From Telmatocola sphagniphila (lineage in GTDB: Bacteria > Planctomycetota > Planctomycetia > Gemmatales > Gemmataceae), in NCBI RefSeq assembly GCF_018398935.1, contig NZ_CP074694.1, positions 1,530,001-1,562,000 of the forward strand: a stretch of 32,000 nt of DNA, given 5' to 3'. The notes below the pieces were generated by a model. It searched no databases and was not told where the DNA came from. It saw only the letters and a list, made by a program, of their open reading frames with translations. Position numbers and translations under genes: made by a program. This document shows positions 31,277 to 32,000 of the stretch, one piece after another. Numbering within the stretch: the stretch's first letter is position 1; each line of letters opens with the position of its first letter.

Positions 31277-32000
31277 CTACGGCTTATTAGGATTGGGAAC
31301 TAGCTCACTGGGTACTGGCCGGGCCAGCCGATCTGCTGGCGGCTGGCCTAGAGCCACGTAGAGCTCGAATTGAGCTCGGTTGTAATCGACGATGGTGTCC
31401 AGATAATCGAGTCGAGCTCTTCCCAGCAGACGCATGCTGTCGATGACTTCAATCGGCAATCCCTCCCGCCCTTTGATTCGAATTAACTCTTCTCGAAATC
31501 CTTCAGCACCCGCCATAACGGCCTTGGCGGTGGTATCCAATGCTCCGTAGCGGGCAGCGGCCCGAGCGTGGGACTCGGCTACCTCCGTGCAAATCCGGTT
31601 AAGGGTCTCGATCTGCCGAAGATTGGCCTGCCGGACGCGGCTTTGATTGATATGTACTTGCGCTACGTTCCCCACGCCAAGGTTTTGCAATGTCCAGTAA
31701 GCCACAGCGTCGAAATCCGATCGGGATTCGAGATTTCCAAATCGGGGACCTACCTGAGGCTTACCGTCGGATCCAATAAATCCCTGCGTAATGAGATTGC
31801 TTCCCCCACCGAAGCCCCCCGCGCTAAATCCGATCAGCACATTTGGAGAAAAGGGTAAAAGTTTCGCATGAGACAAAGCATAGAGAGCTTCCTGGATCTC
31901 GGCGCGGCGAGCTTCCAGTTCAGGGCGCTGAAGGAGGGCGATGGCAATTAACTCCTGAAGCGAAATCGGGTTGGGAACAATCGGTTCCGGAACGACCCAT
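31277..32000 (-). CDS. TolC-like outer membrane efflux protein, C-terminal part. The 5' end lies outside the window.
   Basis: The track's 'M' at 31876 is an internal TTG. My manual translation upstream stays open to the window edge: WVVPEPIVPNPISLQELIAIALLQRPELEARRAEIQEALYALSHAK.... This aligns with the second OEP repeat of the neighbouring paralog. The C-terminus is IVDYNRAQFELYVALG. Confidence 0.8.
   Translation of the reverse strand, partial: WVVPEPIVPNPISLQELIAIALLQRPELEARRAEIQEALYALSHAKLLPFSPNVLIGFSAGGFGGGSNLITQGFIGSDGKPQVGPRFGNLESRSDFDAVAYWTLQNLGVGNVAQVHINQSRVRQANLRQIETLNRICTEVAESHARAAARYGALDTTAKAVMAGAEGFREELIRIKGREGLPIEVIDSMRLLGRARLDYLDTIVDYNRAQFELYVALGQPPADRLARPVPSELVPNPNKP

Noticed and set aside
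1-32000. Search for CRISPR arrays, IS elements or terminal inverted repeats, integrases, phage genes, rRNA/tRNA, toxin-antitoxin pairs and known defence-system genes
   Set aside because: I found no regularly spaced direct repeats. No transposase, integrase or recombinase-like ORFs are present, and no intergenic region is long enough or suitably structured for RNA genes. The window reads as core or accessory chromosomal metabolism and regulation rather than a mobile or defence island.

Overview
This 32-kb chromosomal segment has gene content typical of Planctomycetota (PVC superphylum). The assignment is inferred from hallmark families: DUF1501, DUF1549/DUF1553, planctomycete-type CxxCH domains, a 'membrane-bound dehydrogenase + heme-binding domain' giant protein, and several ECF sigma factors including one paired with a Ser/Thr kinase. 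I support 23 long intact CDSs, two of them cut by the window edges, arranged in five alternating strand blocks. I see no rRNA or tRNA, no CRISPR array, no transposase, integrase or phage signature, and no obvious pseudogene. All short ORFs antisense to these CDSs look spurious. Contents in order: a maltokinase C-terminal fragment; a dehydrogenase/HEAT/cytochrome c giant protein; a small secreted LTXXQ protein with a (DKG)n tail; a minus-strand DUF1549/1553 - DUF1501 - PPC-domain - DUF1501 cluster; a secreted CxxCH + PHM/DBH-like copper monooxygenase + thioredoxin-fold fusion; a plus-strand block of ECF sigma / membrane protein / ECF43-like sigma / Ser-Thr kinase; an MFS transporter plus NPL-type N-acetylneuraminate lyase; a minus-strand five-gene block (secreted helical protein, ECF sigma, anti-sigma, two paralogous metallophosphoesterases); a ricin-lectin/esterase/SMP-30 tri-domain protein; an M1 aminopeptidase with a HEAT/coiled-coil tail; and two tandem TolC-like genes. 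The best candidates for something undescribed are: (i) the dual-sigma block in which a classical sigma/anti-sigma pair directly precedes a kinase-coupled sigma; (ii) the heme-copper monooxygenase-thioredoxin fusion, in which all six PHM-type copper ligands appear conserved; (iii) the DUF1549/1553-DUF1501-PPC-DUF1501 cluster of unknown function; and (iv) the ECF-headed operon ending in tandem secreted metallophosphoesterases. All family assignments come from motif recognition by eye and memory, not from database searches.
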